Part shown: in pieces, positions 36,546-49,249 of the stretch
Numbering within the stretch: the stretch's first letter is position 1
How the letters are laid out: every line of letters begins with the position of its first letter
Source of the DNA: Octopus sinensis
Taxonomy: Eukaryota
Length of the DNA stretch: 64,000 bases
Direction of reading: 5' to 3'
Assembly (NCBI RefSeq): GCF_006345805.1
Contig: NC_043010.1
Location: 42,966,001-43,030,000, forward strand
Program-made: the position numbers and the translations under genes
The notes under the pieces: generated by a model
What the model was told of the DNA's origin: nothing
What the model saw: only the letters and a program-made list of their open reading frames with translations
Database searches by the model: none

Positions 36546-36826
36546 TGTGCACATAGTTTATAAATGTTACAGTGGTAGATTTAGCCATGAAGATAACCGT
36601 TTTTAATAATGTCATTTCGTCATTTTCTGTAGTCTGGGTGTTGTCTGACACAAATAAAATATATTTATAACCAAAATTTAAAGGATTTTTTTTCTATGAA
36701 AGAAATAAAGGGATGAAGAACTGAAAATATTTTTTTAAAAATATGTAAGCAACTACCACATCCATTTACATGAGCCAATTTACAGAAATAAAGAGTTGTT
36801 AAACTAAGAATGACTTTAGCTAAGAG

Positions 36827-38299
36827 TTAGGTTTTATTAATTAGACACTGGGTGGTAGCTGGGTACATCTGTATGTTTGGGAAAATCTGAGCTGTAGTTG
36901 GAGAAATTTCAATGGTAGTAGGGAAAACAGGTATCACAGGGTATATTTGGTGGGAGGCATCATTTGATTGAGCTGCCGAAGTAGTCTGATACATAGTTAC
37001 TGTTTTAGTTTCATCATTGGGATCCATCGTAGCGTGGGTTATGACCATATTGGTGCCATCACTTTCAATCAAACCAGATGGATCTGCTGAAATCACAACT
37101 GCTACCTGTTGACAGTTTCCGTCAGGTGTGATAATATCGTCCTTCAGATCAACAAGTTGCTTGGGAGGAACACAGCTCAGCTTACGTTCTCCTTGATTAT
37201 TTTTCTTATGTTTTAATAAGTGGTCTTTCCGTGAGAAAGCAAAACCACACCTGTCACAGACAAACGGTTTCTCACCTGTATGGATGCGATGATGAACTCT
37301 GAGATAAGACTTGCGTGAAAAACTCTTTTGACATATATCACAGCTGTAGAGTTTCTCATTGAAATGGGTTGACTTATGACGCTCCAGATTATCTCGTCGA
37401 GAAAAGTTCTTTGAACATATATCACACTGATAAGGCACAACTGTTTTCACACTAGTGTTTGCAACAGTATTGGTAGATTGATACACTTCTGTCTGTTGAG
37501 TTGACTCACTAGAAATTTGGTCTTGATCTGAAGACACACATTGGTTGGGGTGAATAATACTGCAGGGATGAAAAGTAGCTTTATCATCCACACTAGTAAC
37601 AGTAGTTAATAACTGTCCTTCTGAATTAGTGATAATGCTATTATTATTATTGTTGCTTGTAATGTCGGTGCTTTTAAATACTTGTTGGATTTCAGCTATT
37701 TCAAGTTCACTTGTTGATTGTACACTAACAATTTGCACCTGTCTCACAGACGATGGCAGTTGTTGCTGAACTGTAGGTTCCACAATACTGGTATCTGTAT
37801 TGATTTGGTTTTGATTAGCATCAGTGATTTCTAAAGTTCTAAGAGTAACTGCTGCTGGAGTAGAAATTAGTTTTGACTCACCATGTTGCTTGCTACAATG
37901 TCGAAAAAGATGGTCTCCACGGTAGAAGGCACACCCACATACATGACATTTATATGGACGAGTATTGGTGTGGATACGTTGGTGAACAGTTAAGTAAGAC
38001 CTATGAGCATAGGATTTGTGACAGATCTGGCAGTTGAACATTTTAATTCCTTGATGTCCTCTGATGTGAATCACTAAATGATCATTGCGAGAGAAAGCAC
38101 GGCCACACAGATTACACCCAAAAGGTTTTTCTCCTGTATGAAGACGGCGATGCAACTTCAGATAGGATTTCTGACTAAAATCTCTGCCGCATGTTTCACA
38201 TTTGAAGACTTCACGGCGCAGATGACGAATGCGATGTCTCTCCATGTTGTCTCGGCGAGAGAACATCTTTCCACAAAGGTCACAGGTAGGCTTCTTCAT
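36827..38299 (-). CDS. C2H2 zinc-finger protein with two clusters (5 fingers; 2 fingers plus 1 atypical) separated by a Q/S/T/N-rich linker (490 aa, single coding exon)
   Basis: Intact ORF with TGEKPF linkers. Acceptor TATTTTATTTCTCTAG| gives exon start 38344, with an in-frame TAA just upstream of the ATG. Confidence 0.93.
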   Translation of the reverse strand: MKKPTCDLCGKMFSRRDNMERHRIRHLRREVFKCETCGRDFSQKSYLKLHRRLHTGEKPFGCNLCGRAFSRNDHLVIHIRGHQGIKMFNCQICHKSYAHRSYLTVHQRIHTNTRPYKCHVCGCAFYRGDHLFRHCSKQHGESKLISTPAAVTLRTLEITDANQNQINTDTSIVEPTVQQQLPSSVRQVQIVSVQSTSELEIAEIQQVFKSTDITSNNNNNSIITNSEGQLLTTVTSVDDKATFHPCSIIHPNQCVSSDQDQISSESTQQTEVYQSTNTVANTSVKTVVPYQCDICSKNFSRRDNLERHKSTHFNEKLYSCDICQKSFSRKSYLRVHHRIHTGEKPFVCDRCGFAFSRKDHLLKHKKNNQGERKLSCVPPKQLVDLKDDIITPDGNCQQVAVVISADPSGLIESDGTNMVITHATMDPNDETKTVTMYQTTSAAQSNDASHQIYPVIPVFPTTIEISPTTAQIFPNIQMYPATTQCLINKT

Positions 38300-39033
38300 T
38301 TTGTGTTATGAGGTGCCCAGATATATAAAGTAATTCTTATGAACCTAGAGAAATAAAATAGACAAGAATTATGCAACACAACTTTAAAATACTGAACTGA
38401 ATCTTTTATCTTTAAAATTTAGAAGCTTAATAAAGGTATATACTCAATTCATATCTTTGAAAATACTCTTTAATCAAACATAATACAAATGGTAAAGGGG
38501 AAAATAGTTGAATTTTTGAAAATAGATATACTGTGGATTTGGGTCTATTTTTAGTAGATTTTACTGAAAAATTCATATGGTATATTGGGAATAAATGCAA
38601 TGCATTTCTTTTCATTCAAACAATAAAATAAAATCTAATGTTTATAATGGATACGCTAGTAAAATATTTGTAGAAATTTCTTACATGTATAATGAGTATA
38701 ATTCAAAGTTTTTTGCAATTTAATAACAGAGAAAATATAGTTTGGCTTGAGGTAAGAGGTTATTCTTATGGCCTTTTTATGCTAAGACCAAAGAGGTTAA
38801 CACAATTAATGTTCCTCTGGAATAATAGCTGCAAGATAATGCCTGTAGGAAGAATTATAAACCAAGAGAGAATTCCAGAAAGTTACCTTTCTGGGGAAGA
38901 AGGAAATTTAGAGAACTGAAATTTATAAAATAATTTTAATATATTTCCAAACTCAGAAATTTATAAACAAATATTAGCCTAAGCACTTCAACAACTTAAT
39001 TACATGCTTTTTCTGTGGCATATATAGGTTTAA

Positions 39034-39243
39034 CCCTTTCGTTACTAACCCGGCTCTGGTTCTGAGTACAAATGTCTTGTTTTCATCACTTTTGAATTAA
39101 AATCTTCCACCAAACCTTAGTCACAATTTATGTTCTTAACACTTACTTAATGATAACTAAGTTATTTTATTAAATTCTTTGTTATATTTAAAGTAATTGA
39201 AAGAAATGCAGAGCATCTCGAAATAAATACAGTAATGAAAGGG
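39034..39243. mobile_element. piggyBac-type MITE (210 bp)
   Basis: TTAA TSDs at 39030-39033 and 39244-39247; TIRs CCCTTTCGTTACT / AGTAATGAAAGGG. Confidence 0.88.
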
Positions 39244-41067
39244 TTAAACACATGACAGCTACTGGTAATTATATATTATATATATAATATAATTATATAC
39301 CAGCTACTGGTATATTATATATCAATTTATTTTTAGTTAACTACTTTTTGATTAACTTGAAAGAAAGGATGTCACAGAATTTCTTGTAAAGAAAATCAAA
39401 TTAACTTATATATTTACCACACAGTGATTAACATATTAAATCAAATAATCTATAAATCAACAATATGATGGTTTGCTTGGTAGTCAGACTGAAATTATAG
39501 TGGTGTTGTAGCCATAAACATCAAATAATACTTTTCTGATCAAAAACACCTCTTTCTATCAATAATTGCAATAATTGCTTTCTATCAATAATACTCTATG
39601 ATCTCAAAGAAATTAACACTCTCAGTTAATTTACAAAGCGTATCTTCTAAATAAATTCTTGGGTCCAAATATTGCTGAAACCTTTTAAGTACAACTGAAT
39701 TTGCTTACAATAGTATCTATATCCTGTAGGCTAAAACTGCAACCATCCTAAATTGATTAAAATCAGTTGAATTCGTTACTGAGATCTTCATATTTCTGTC
39801 TGGATTAAGAAAAGAATACAACAAAATACTAACCTTTAAAACAATTCACTTCTTAAACTCTCAACTTCCTATTCCAGGAAAATCTGAAAAAAAATTCTAA
39901 ATTCTGATATTGAAGAAATATTTTATTCATGATATGATCATAGAAAATCTTGAAGATCAAATATGATGGTAATGCAAGAGAAAAACAATAAGAATCTAAG
40001 AGTTTTATGGAAATTTTGCAATAGATAAGATTTTATTTTCAACCAAGGAAATCACTTTGTGGTTGTTCCAGCTACTGAAAATATCTCCATCATATCATTC
40101 TCTACTGTCTTTAAAAAAAAAAGAAAACCAATGTTGTTTACTTCAGACTAAAAAACAACTTATTTAAATGTTTGAATATGAAATAATAGCTGACTTGAAT
40201 TAAAATAGTTAAAAAAATGTTTATATCATGAACATTTGAAGAAGCTCTACTTGTAAAAGAGACAACTGCAATGTTTAGTTAATAAAAATTACGATTGGCT
40301 CCCTTGAATTGTTGATTCTTTCCAAGATGACAAATAAATTCAGCCTATGTATCTTCTATTCGCTAATCAAAGCTTTCTTTAACTTCTTCCATTACTGAAA
40401 ACAACCAAAGCAATTTATACTCGGCAGACAATACTGTATTTATATACTAACATTGTTAACTTCTTTTTTTAATTATTATTTAGATGCTATTGCCTAAATC
40501 TTGATGCAGCTGACCTATGATTAAAGATTGCCCCTTAAGTTAATATCCAGCCTCCTTTCAGTCATAGTACTAACAGGAATACATCATCCAATTTGTAGCT
40601 TTTCTATTTATTTTAATGAATGATTGGAAGGATATTCAACTACTATTTTAAACAGGTTAGTAACTATAGATAGACTCCTTTGTTGATTTATTTTATACCT
40701 AAGTTTTTTCAAGTTAGGAATGTCAATAACAAGTTCAACTCTATCCTTGGTGGTATATATCTCAACTCAATGTAGTAAACTATTATTGATCTAATCTCCT
40801 TATCAATATAGCATACAAGGAGTAAAGTTCACAGTTTTATGAAACAGAAGGACTGTAAATTGATAAGTGCTCATTAGCTTGCAATATTGAGTTCAAATCC
40901 ATTCATTTCCATCAAGTTGTGACCATGTAGATGTTCTCTTGTTGGTTCAGTAGTACCCTAATAATTGTTAGAGTAGTAACAGTGAATTTTTAGGCAGCTG
41001 AAACATGTGGCTGGTTCTAAATTGGTAATAATCAGCTGAACAAACAATAATTCATCCCTCTAACATG

Positions 41068-42296
41068 TCCAATATTGACTGAAAAGTTCATAGGCTAACC
41101 AAGGTACTCGCATGAAATGTGACCAAATGAGGTTTATTTTTCAAGATGGTCCTTCTTGTCTACACACTTCTTCCATGGGTGTTGCAGTGCTTGGATCCCA
41201 CTGGTGAAGAAGCTTTCATCCTGTTGAACAAAAAGCCATCAACAACAAATATGATGTCATCATCACTGTGATATTGGTTCCTAGCCAAGAGTTTTTTTTC
41301 ATGTTGGGGACTGTCAGATGGGGCCAAATCAAGAGAATAGGGAGGGTGATCAACCAGTTTAATGCCAATCACATACAACAATGATTTAAACCTAGAACAT
41401 CGTCCTGATGAAACATAATGCCTTTTGTCAGTTTCCCTGTTTTTTTTTGTCTTGTTAGCCTTCTATAACTGCCTTGGCAAGATGGCAATTTCCATTGAAG
41501 GTATGAACCTTTTGAAGATAGTCAATAAACATAATGCCTTTTGCATCCCAAAAACTGAGGCCATAACCTTCCCTGATGATAAAACAACCTTAGGCTCCTT
41601 TGGAATAGGTGAGGAAGGCTGTTTCCACTGCATGGATTGTCTCTGGCTCAAAGTGATGAACCCAAAACTCATCCTGGGTGAGGAAACATTCAAAGAAACC
41701 AGCTTGACCTGCCTCAAACAATGTCAAATTCTCCCATGATGTGATCAGCCTAGTACACGTTTGATCAGGTGTCAGAAGACATGACACCCATTGTGCAGAA
41801 TATTCTCAACTCTTTCACAGAATGTGCTAGAAGCATTGACTATTAAATTTATAATCAATCGTCTGTAATCCATCACCATGTGGTGAACACAATCAATGTT
41901 TTCCTTTGTGATGGCAGATGCAGGACCTCCAGACTTCGGATCATCTTCAAGTCTCTCCTTACCTCTCCTAAATTCAGCTGCCCACTTTTGCACTGTTGAT
42001 AAAGCTGGAGCATCATTGCTTTATATACTACCCGTATCAGCATGAATGTCCTTAGGGGTTAAACACTTTTCTGCATATACTCGATAACATGACAATGCCA
42101 TATTTTGTTCATTTTCAAAAGAAGTCACTACTAGTTACTTTTGAAATCTTCTTTGAACAGTCAGATATCAGTCTTCCTAGAAAGAAACAATGCAGTTATT
42201 AATAAGAAGCGTTGAAATGAATGCATACAAGATTTCACAACTCTGGTATCACTCCTTCATACTCAACCTACGAACTTTTCTCCGCACTTTAGTATA
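41068..42296 (-). mobile_element. Near full-length decayed mariner transposon
   Basis: KWAAEFRRGKERLEDDPKSGGP, FWVHHFEPET, KVMASVF and LVDHPPYSLDLAPSD; degenerate TIRs GAAAAGTTCATAGGCT / ACCTACGAACTTTTC. Confidence 0.85.
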
Positions 42297-42499
42297 CGAT
42301 GACACTACCAAACAAAATACTCTAATTAATTTGTAAAGTCAGAAATCCGAGTTCAGATCTTGTCACCTTCGTCTTTCCCCAATTTAATAAACTATGACAT
42401 AAAATAAAATTCTTAAGAGTACAAATTTATCAATGTTTCCTAGAAATACGACATCTACAGAACTGTGTTTACATTAAAGAATAATACATTAAATTCCTG

Positions 42500-42916
42500 G
42501 GATCTTTTCGGTTTGAACGGCAGTTTTTAATATAATTTCTAGGTAACTAAAAAATTTTAAACTTCGTATACTGGTAGAATGTGTTTATAAAACATCTTTT
42601 TCTCTTGGCTTTATTAAGAAAATTCTATAATTTGTAAGATATTTGTTGTTGTTTGTTCTTCAATTTCTGCAATTTTAACCAATCAATGACGTCCATTGAG
42701 GTAAAAACATTCTGTGCCGTATGAATATGTCCCCCGTTTAAGAAACAGATTGGGTTTATTTACATTTGTGAAGAAAAAAAGATACCCTTCCCCCACCCCT
42801 AATCCTAACCCTAAAACAGATTGAAATGCAATAGATCGATACTAGGGTCATAATTATGGGTGACAATTGCATATGACACCGCTAGAAAAAAACTGACGTT
42901 CAAACCAAAAAGATCC
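42500..42916. mobile_element. 417-bp MITE with an 8-bp TSD (possibly Merlin)
   Basis: TSD AATTCCTG at 42492-42499 and 42917-42924; 29-bp TIR GGATCTTTTCGGTTTGAACGGCAGTTTTT with 2 mismatches between ends. Confidence 0.88.
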
Positions 42917-44610
42917 AATTCCTGTAGGGTATAGAGAGAAACTCCCATTCAATAAAGAATTTATAAAATTCTTTAATGCATTTTTATATTTTACGTTCAC
43001 TCTTTCCGAACTCGTGGGTAAAGGTTACGCTACAGCCATATATTTGTGATAATTATTGAAACACGCTTTAAAACTGTTCTTACCCTAACGAAATTTGTTT
43101 AACTGAAAATAGGAATGGCAAAACCATGGTAGTTAGAGCAATTGTCTTACCTAATGTCACGAGAGAACACAAGAGATGTCTTTATGAGCTAATTCAAATG
43201 CAGGTAGATAATGATCTTTGTAGAATGGATCACAAGAAATTTTCAGGTTTAAGTAATATTTTCTACTAGATTAAAACATGGAAATATATCAGCTGAATTG
43301 ATTTCTATAACAGGATTACTTGTATCGAATGCAGGTAAAACTCATTCTGCGACAAGTTTTTTAAAAAGGGGGTTGGTGTACCTACAGGTAGTTTGTTTAC
43401 ATCGACAACCACACTAACGACACGGCAAAATTCCAAAGCTATATGCCCTTCTAAAACCTCTACAGAATTCGTAATTATTTTTAAATGTTTCATAGTAAAC
43501 AAATATGCAATTTCTCTAGATGCTAGGGAATTTAAGGGGAACTAAGTACACATATGAAAAGCACAAACTTTAAGAATAAAATATTACTGTATGACGTGTT
43601 AAGTCCGAAGTAACAACCGGAGTTATCTTAGTTGTTTAAAAGAATATATATAAATTCCGAAAGTTATTGGTTTATTTTTATCTTTATAACTAATCCAAAG
43701 GAGATCCATAGCCATTTGAAGTTTGGAAAAGGGATAGTTTTATTAGTATTATTATTGGGTCTGGGAATCCTTATAAAAAGAACTTTGGCGTTTCTTGATA
43801 GATGCATTATCAGTGCAACAAGTTAAAGGGCAAAAGTAAATAAACCTCCAAACACAAAATACAATGGGACCGCATTCGAATCTCTAGTGATAGGAATGGA
43901 ACGACCAAAGTATTAGAAAAAACATATATATGTTACTTTCGTCACACAATGTATAAATATATAAAAATAAAGTTTGTGGAATTTTATTTCGAACACTGTA
44001 GTTCACAAATGTTTCTTAATGTTGAACCGATTGTGTAATGAAAAAACACAAAAGTCTTGTTTAATAAAATTTTTATTTAAATAACACTCTGTGAACATGA
44101 ATTAGAATGTTTGTTGTTCTTATATTTTAATCCTTACGTCAAAAGTTTAAATTTTTTTAAAGCATTACCTACAGGTGTTTCTGCGCAGAAAGTTGACAAT
44201 GTAAAGCAATAAAGATATGTACGCATGTACTTATAAATCCAGGAAAAATAAGTCACCAATATATGACTGATTTAATGGGTTTTTTTTTTACTTTGTTTTA
44301 CTTGAGATTGAATAAACATGAAATTTTGTAACATAAGTATGACGTTTATATCAACTGTGTTGTTATTGTGTAACAAGTCAGATACGCCAGTTAACAAGCA
44401 ACTTGAAATATCGTTTAATTATCTTAACTATTACTGATGCTATTTAAATAAAATGTGACATATTTTTCCCGTGAATTTTCCTGTGATTTTATTTCTGTCT
44501 ATCGTATTTAGATCCTTTGCTCTTTTTAGCATCCAGACTGGAACAGCTGAGGAAACGAATCAAGATCGGACCAATTTGTGTGCAATATACAAATAATCTG
44601 CAATATAGCC

Positions 44611-44665
44611 GATAAGCGAGTACGTGATAAGCAAGTACGTGATAAGCGAGTACGGTGATAAGCTG
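44611..44665. repeat. 15-bp tandem repeat (about 3.5 copies), each unit carrying GATAAG
   Basis: GATAAGCGAGTACGT units start at 44611, 44626, 44641 and 44657. Confidence 0.85.
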
Positions 44666-44747
44666 TAATTAACTAAAACTGATATTAGCGAAAGACTAAT
44701 TGAAAGTTATTATCTCATTAAAGGGTCGGAAATTAGATAGCACTTAC

Positions 44748-45170
44748 CATAAACTGATTATATTTTTATTTGTCAACAGTTGACACGCATAAATATGATA
44801 TGAAAAAGCAACAAAAATGCATGTTACATACGATCAAGATAACAAGTTTCTGAAGTCACATGTTATAAATGAGAATAACTTACTAAACGCAACTCTGGTC
44901 ACATTCCAGACAAGATCAACATGAAACGGCCATCTTACTTTAATTTGTTTATGTTTGTTAAGGTGTTCTTCCCAGTTTCTTGACTTTTTTGATTTTTCAT
45001 TTTCGGTTCTAGCATTCAGTAGTTACCTCCCTTCTATGCTCAACAGAAGAATGCGCTTTTTCACTGTTAGAAGTAATTCTTTTGGCAGACTCGTCAAGGC
45101 CGGTAGCAGTAATGACATCAACGTTCCGCTTAGCCTGTTGCACGCCGGCGGCCTCACAAAAGAAGAAAAT
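44748..45170 (-). promoter_or_regulatory. Candidate promoter and non-coding 5' exon of the - strand ZNF gene
   Basis: Strong donor ATG|GTAAGTG (exon end 44748), YY1-type AAGATGGCCG at 44936-44927, CpG-rich patch at 45085-45155. Confidence 0.45.
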
Positions 45171-45199
45171 GCACAAGGAGACTATTCATGAAGACTGAC

Positions 45200-45900
45200 A
45201 TTCTGAAAACGACTAGTTTACAGTTTAAGGGAGAGTCAATGGAAAATGAATGAATGGAGGTGGTATAAAAATACTCAACACGAACATGCAGAACGGTGGC
45301 TAGAGTAGAGAACACATCTGCTGGAGTCTTTCTCAATTACTTTATATCAGTGGCCTTTATTGAGATGGGCTGTAGTATACCTGTGTGAGAAGCTGCAGTA
45401 TCATCCTTGATGTGGAAGCTATATTCCATTGTGGCCTCATCTGAGCTCTTACAGGGTCAGTAATTGTTTAGAACTAAAGTATTTTCTGCCTCTGAAGAGA
45501 TATGACTGTTTATGAGATACAGTCTTTGCAGATATTCTCAGGAAGCTGTATTCCATTATGAATCTCACCTTAGAGGTTCAGTCATTGCTTGGAACTAAAG
45601 TATTTTCAGGCTATGAAGAAAAGTGATTGCTTATGAGATGCAGTCTTTGTAGATATTCTGTGTAGTGAGGCCTAGCATTTGAAGTGATCTTGAGGGTTCT
45701 ACTCATATGATGTTGCACAATGTTGAAGTTTGAGAGAAGTGAATGAAAAGTGACGTCTTTTAATATGTGCAGTAATTGTGTTTTATTTACTGCTATTGAA
45801 AGAAACAAGATTGTGAAGCTAGCATTGGAAAGGTTTTCAAAGCCTCTCCACATGGATACAGGGCAGATTTGGCATGATGTTTCTAGACACTTAACTGTCA
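45200..45900 (-). mobile_element. Decayed LINE (CR1/Jockey-like) RT C-terminus with an internal tandem duplication of about 120 bp
   Basis: ISAKTVSHKQSYLFRGRKYFSSKQLLTL (compare TASQKL..LFRARKYFSP.QLLTLYKAQIRP); duplicated units at about 45414-45540 and 45541-45660. Confidence 0.6.
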
Positions 45901-46399
45901 AAGATTAGAGTAGATCAGTGATTTCCAACATGAGGCTTATCTCCAGGGAATTTTTTTTTTTTTTTAATGGGACATGGAATTTTAAAAATCTTTTTTTTTG
46001 CAGCAAACTTACTACACCTATACTCAGCCAGCCAAACCAATCCCCCCAGACGAGTATACTGTGTAAGGACTGTATGCTACATTATAGCACTATTCTAATG
46101 CTACGACTGAACCTAACAAAATTGTCTCCTTGAATCAAGGAAATCTATCCATAGTTGCCAGGCACAAGGTTCTCATTAAAGGGATTCACATTTTTTCTCT
46201 TAGTCAATAATGTACTTTTTTTGTACTCAGTACTTAATAAAAGAGTTACTGATATATTTTTTTCTTTTAAATAATTGTGATAAAATATTAAAAATAAAAT
46301 TGTTTTCCAGCCACAGGTAGGGCATACATTTTCTGGAAAGTTATAGTGGACCTGATGGAAAATAGGTTGGGAAACACTGGAGTAGATTGAAGTGTGGTA

Positions 46400-47240
46400 T
46401 CCTCTATGTAGAAATGCATATTGTTGGACATAATGGTAAATAGATTGTTGGTGCACAGAAGAAGAGTGTGAGGCACATTCGACCTGACAAGATGTAAGTC
46501 AAAAACAGCTCTATCAACGAATAGTATGACTGCAATCTAACCAAAAGACGAGAAATGAATGAGGCCTGTATATGAACAGTTTTGACAGGAGATTCACATG
46601 CCAGACATTGAAGGCAGTGACACATTTTTCACAAAATTGCTGAAGGGCAAGAGCCCACCAGTGAGTGACATAGGAGTGTAGGTCACCAGTTGATTGGGCT
46701 TAATGATAATCATACACCTTTCCTATATATTGAGTAGGACCATTTTCTGGAAGGGAGTAGAATCTTGTATGTTTTCTTGCTAACTAGAACTTTGGTTTTT
46801 GTTAAGTTAACTTTAAGGCCCTTTGATTTCAAGTTTTGCTTCAACACATGAAATTTCTTTTCTAATTCTACTTCATATCCAACTATAAAAATGGGGTCAT
46901 TAGCATATAACAGTTTCCACAGGAATCTGGTCTTAAACTCTTAAGTTATTACCTTGAGGACTATGATGAATAAAAGGGTACTAAGAACTGAGCTCTGATG
47001 AATTCTTACCTGCACTCTAAATTCATAGCTGTACCTGTTCTACCTAATGGACAGTATTTCTAGCTTCTTCAGTGACCACTAGATAATAGAGCAAGGACTT
47101 TGTTGACGGCTTTTTCCAGGTTAACAAATGGTGAGGCTTACTTTTAGCAAAATATTTCTGCATTTGCTTCTCCAAGAAGAGAGCATCAATAGAACTTTTT
47201 TTTCTGGCACAAAGCTGAATTGCATCAGGTCTATTTAGTC
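46400..47240 (-). mobile_element. Decayed RTE LINE RT fragment
   Basis: MQFSFVPEKSSIDALF, VNLEKA, EFRVQVRIHQSSVLS.LLFIIVL, and GLKVNLTKTKVLVS. Confidence 0.75.
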
Positions 47241-48414
47241 TTTCTTGTTTCTGCTATCAACATAAACTTTAATTTTTATTTCGTTTTTGGATTTGGTTTG
47301 CAAGATTCTTTATATGAGTTCATGTGTTGAAGCATATTCTGTTGCGTCTGGGGCAAGTCATTTTCTTTTTGTGCCTTATAATATAACACACTCACCGGTA
47401 AAATCTCCACTTTTTTCTTACTTTTATTTTCCTAAAATTTTCGTTGTGTCTTGCAACCTTTTCAATAGTTTTAATTTTTACTAAAACAGCAATACCTTTC
47501 TTGTGAAATTTCCATCTTCAGGCTTTGCCTTTATTCTTATCCTGTTAGATCAATTTTAAACTTGGATGTTTAAACTTTGAAGTTTAAACTAACAGAAAAA
47601 AATCATTTCTTGCTACTTCAGAAGTTTCATGTTTTGCTTGTACAACAGTCTATGCTAAGTGTTCTTTTATTCTTTATATTTTCTATTTTTCATGTACGGT
47701 ACCATTAGTCTTACCTACAATCAGTTGCATGCCTTTCATCCCCTAAATCATAAAGCTGTATTCAAACAAACTAAGGCGGCGAGCTGGCAGAATCGTTAGG
47801 ACGCCAGGCGAAATGCTTAGCGGTATTTCATCTGTCGTTACATTCTGAGTTCAAATTCCACCGTGGTCGACTTGGCCTTTCATCTTTTCGGGGTCGATAA
47901 ATTAAGTACCAGTTACGCACTGGGGTCGATGTAATCGGCTTAATCCGTTTGTCTGTCCTTGTTTGTCCCCTCTGTGTTTATGTGTTTAGCCCCTTGTGGG
48001 TAGTAAAGGAATATGTATTCACACAAATATTTAGATATAATATCATTTCTTCATTGCTTATACTTCCATATGTAAATATAAATATTGACATACATGCATA
48101 CATGATAAACATATACTAGACACACACACACACACACACACACATCCTGTTCACTGAAATTTATTCACATGTTAATTTTTACCTCTTCATTTTCATTAGT
48201 GGGTCTCAACCCTTTCTTTACCTATGGACCCCTTTGATCCCTAATTTACTCCACTGGACCGACATAGCTGTTTGATGTTTTAAAAAATCTTATTGTATTT
48301 TTATGATTAAATATTATTACGAATTGTATAAAAAAAATTGTTAAAATATTTTGTGTATTGTAGAAGTGTAAGCAATTTATTGCACATAATAATAATATTA
48401 CATATTACACATTA

Positions 48415-48790
48415 GGTGCAGGAGTGGCTGTGTGGTAAGTAGCTTGCTTACCAACCACATTGTTCCAGGTTCAGTCACATTGTGTGGCACCTTGGGAAAG
48501 TGTCTTCTACTATAGCCTCGGGCCAACCAAAGCCTTGTGAGTGGATTTGAAAGAAGCCCATCGTATATATGTATATATATGTGTGTGTGTTTGGGTTTGT
48601 CCCCCCAACATCGCTTGACAACCGATGCTGGTGTGTTTACATCCCCGTAACTTAGAGGTTTGGCAAAGAGACCGATAGAATAAGTATTAGGCTTGCAAAG
48701 AATAAGTCCTGGGGTCGATTTGCTCAACTAAAAGGCGGTGCTCCAGCATGGCCACAGTCAAATAACTGAAACAAGTAAAAGAGTAAAAGA
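48415..48790 (+). mobile_element. tRNA-derived SINE, family A
   Basis: Reverse complement of the 49250-49675 copy. Confidence 0.85.
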
Positions 48791-49249
48791 ATAAACTTTA
48801 ACAACCAAATCTTATGTAGAATCCCCGAGCTGGTGGCACGTAAAAAGCACCCACAACACTCTCCGAGTGGTTGGCATTAGGAAAGGCATCCAGCTGTAGA
48901 AACTCTACCAGATCAAGATTGGAGCTTGGTACAGCCATCTGGTTCGCCAGCCCTCAGTCAAAATCATCCAACCCATGCTAGCATGGAAAGCAGACGTTAA
49001 ACCATGATGATGATGATGATGATGATGACTCCCAATAGTGATATGGACCTCTAAGGGTCATATGGACCCTAATAGAGAACCTCTAGTTTACACATTGCAA
49101 ATCACTGTTGAAAATTAATTTTGTTTGAAATATCTGGTCTGCCACAACATTAACTCTTCTTTGAATCAAGATTTTAAGTTCAAACAGTTAGTTATGAAAA
49201 TGATTACAGATGTCTCATCTCAGAACTATTTAAATCAATTGAATTCATT

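Noticed and set aside
48198-49087. Possible hAT MITE (AGTGGGTCTCAACC ... AGAGAACCTCT) split by SINE insertions
   Set aside because: The TIRs are degenerate and I found no matching 8-bp TSD.
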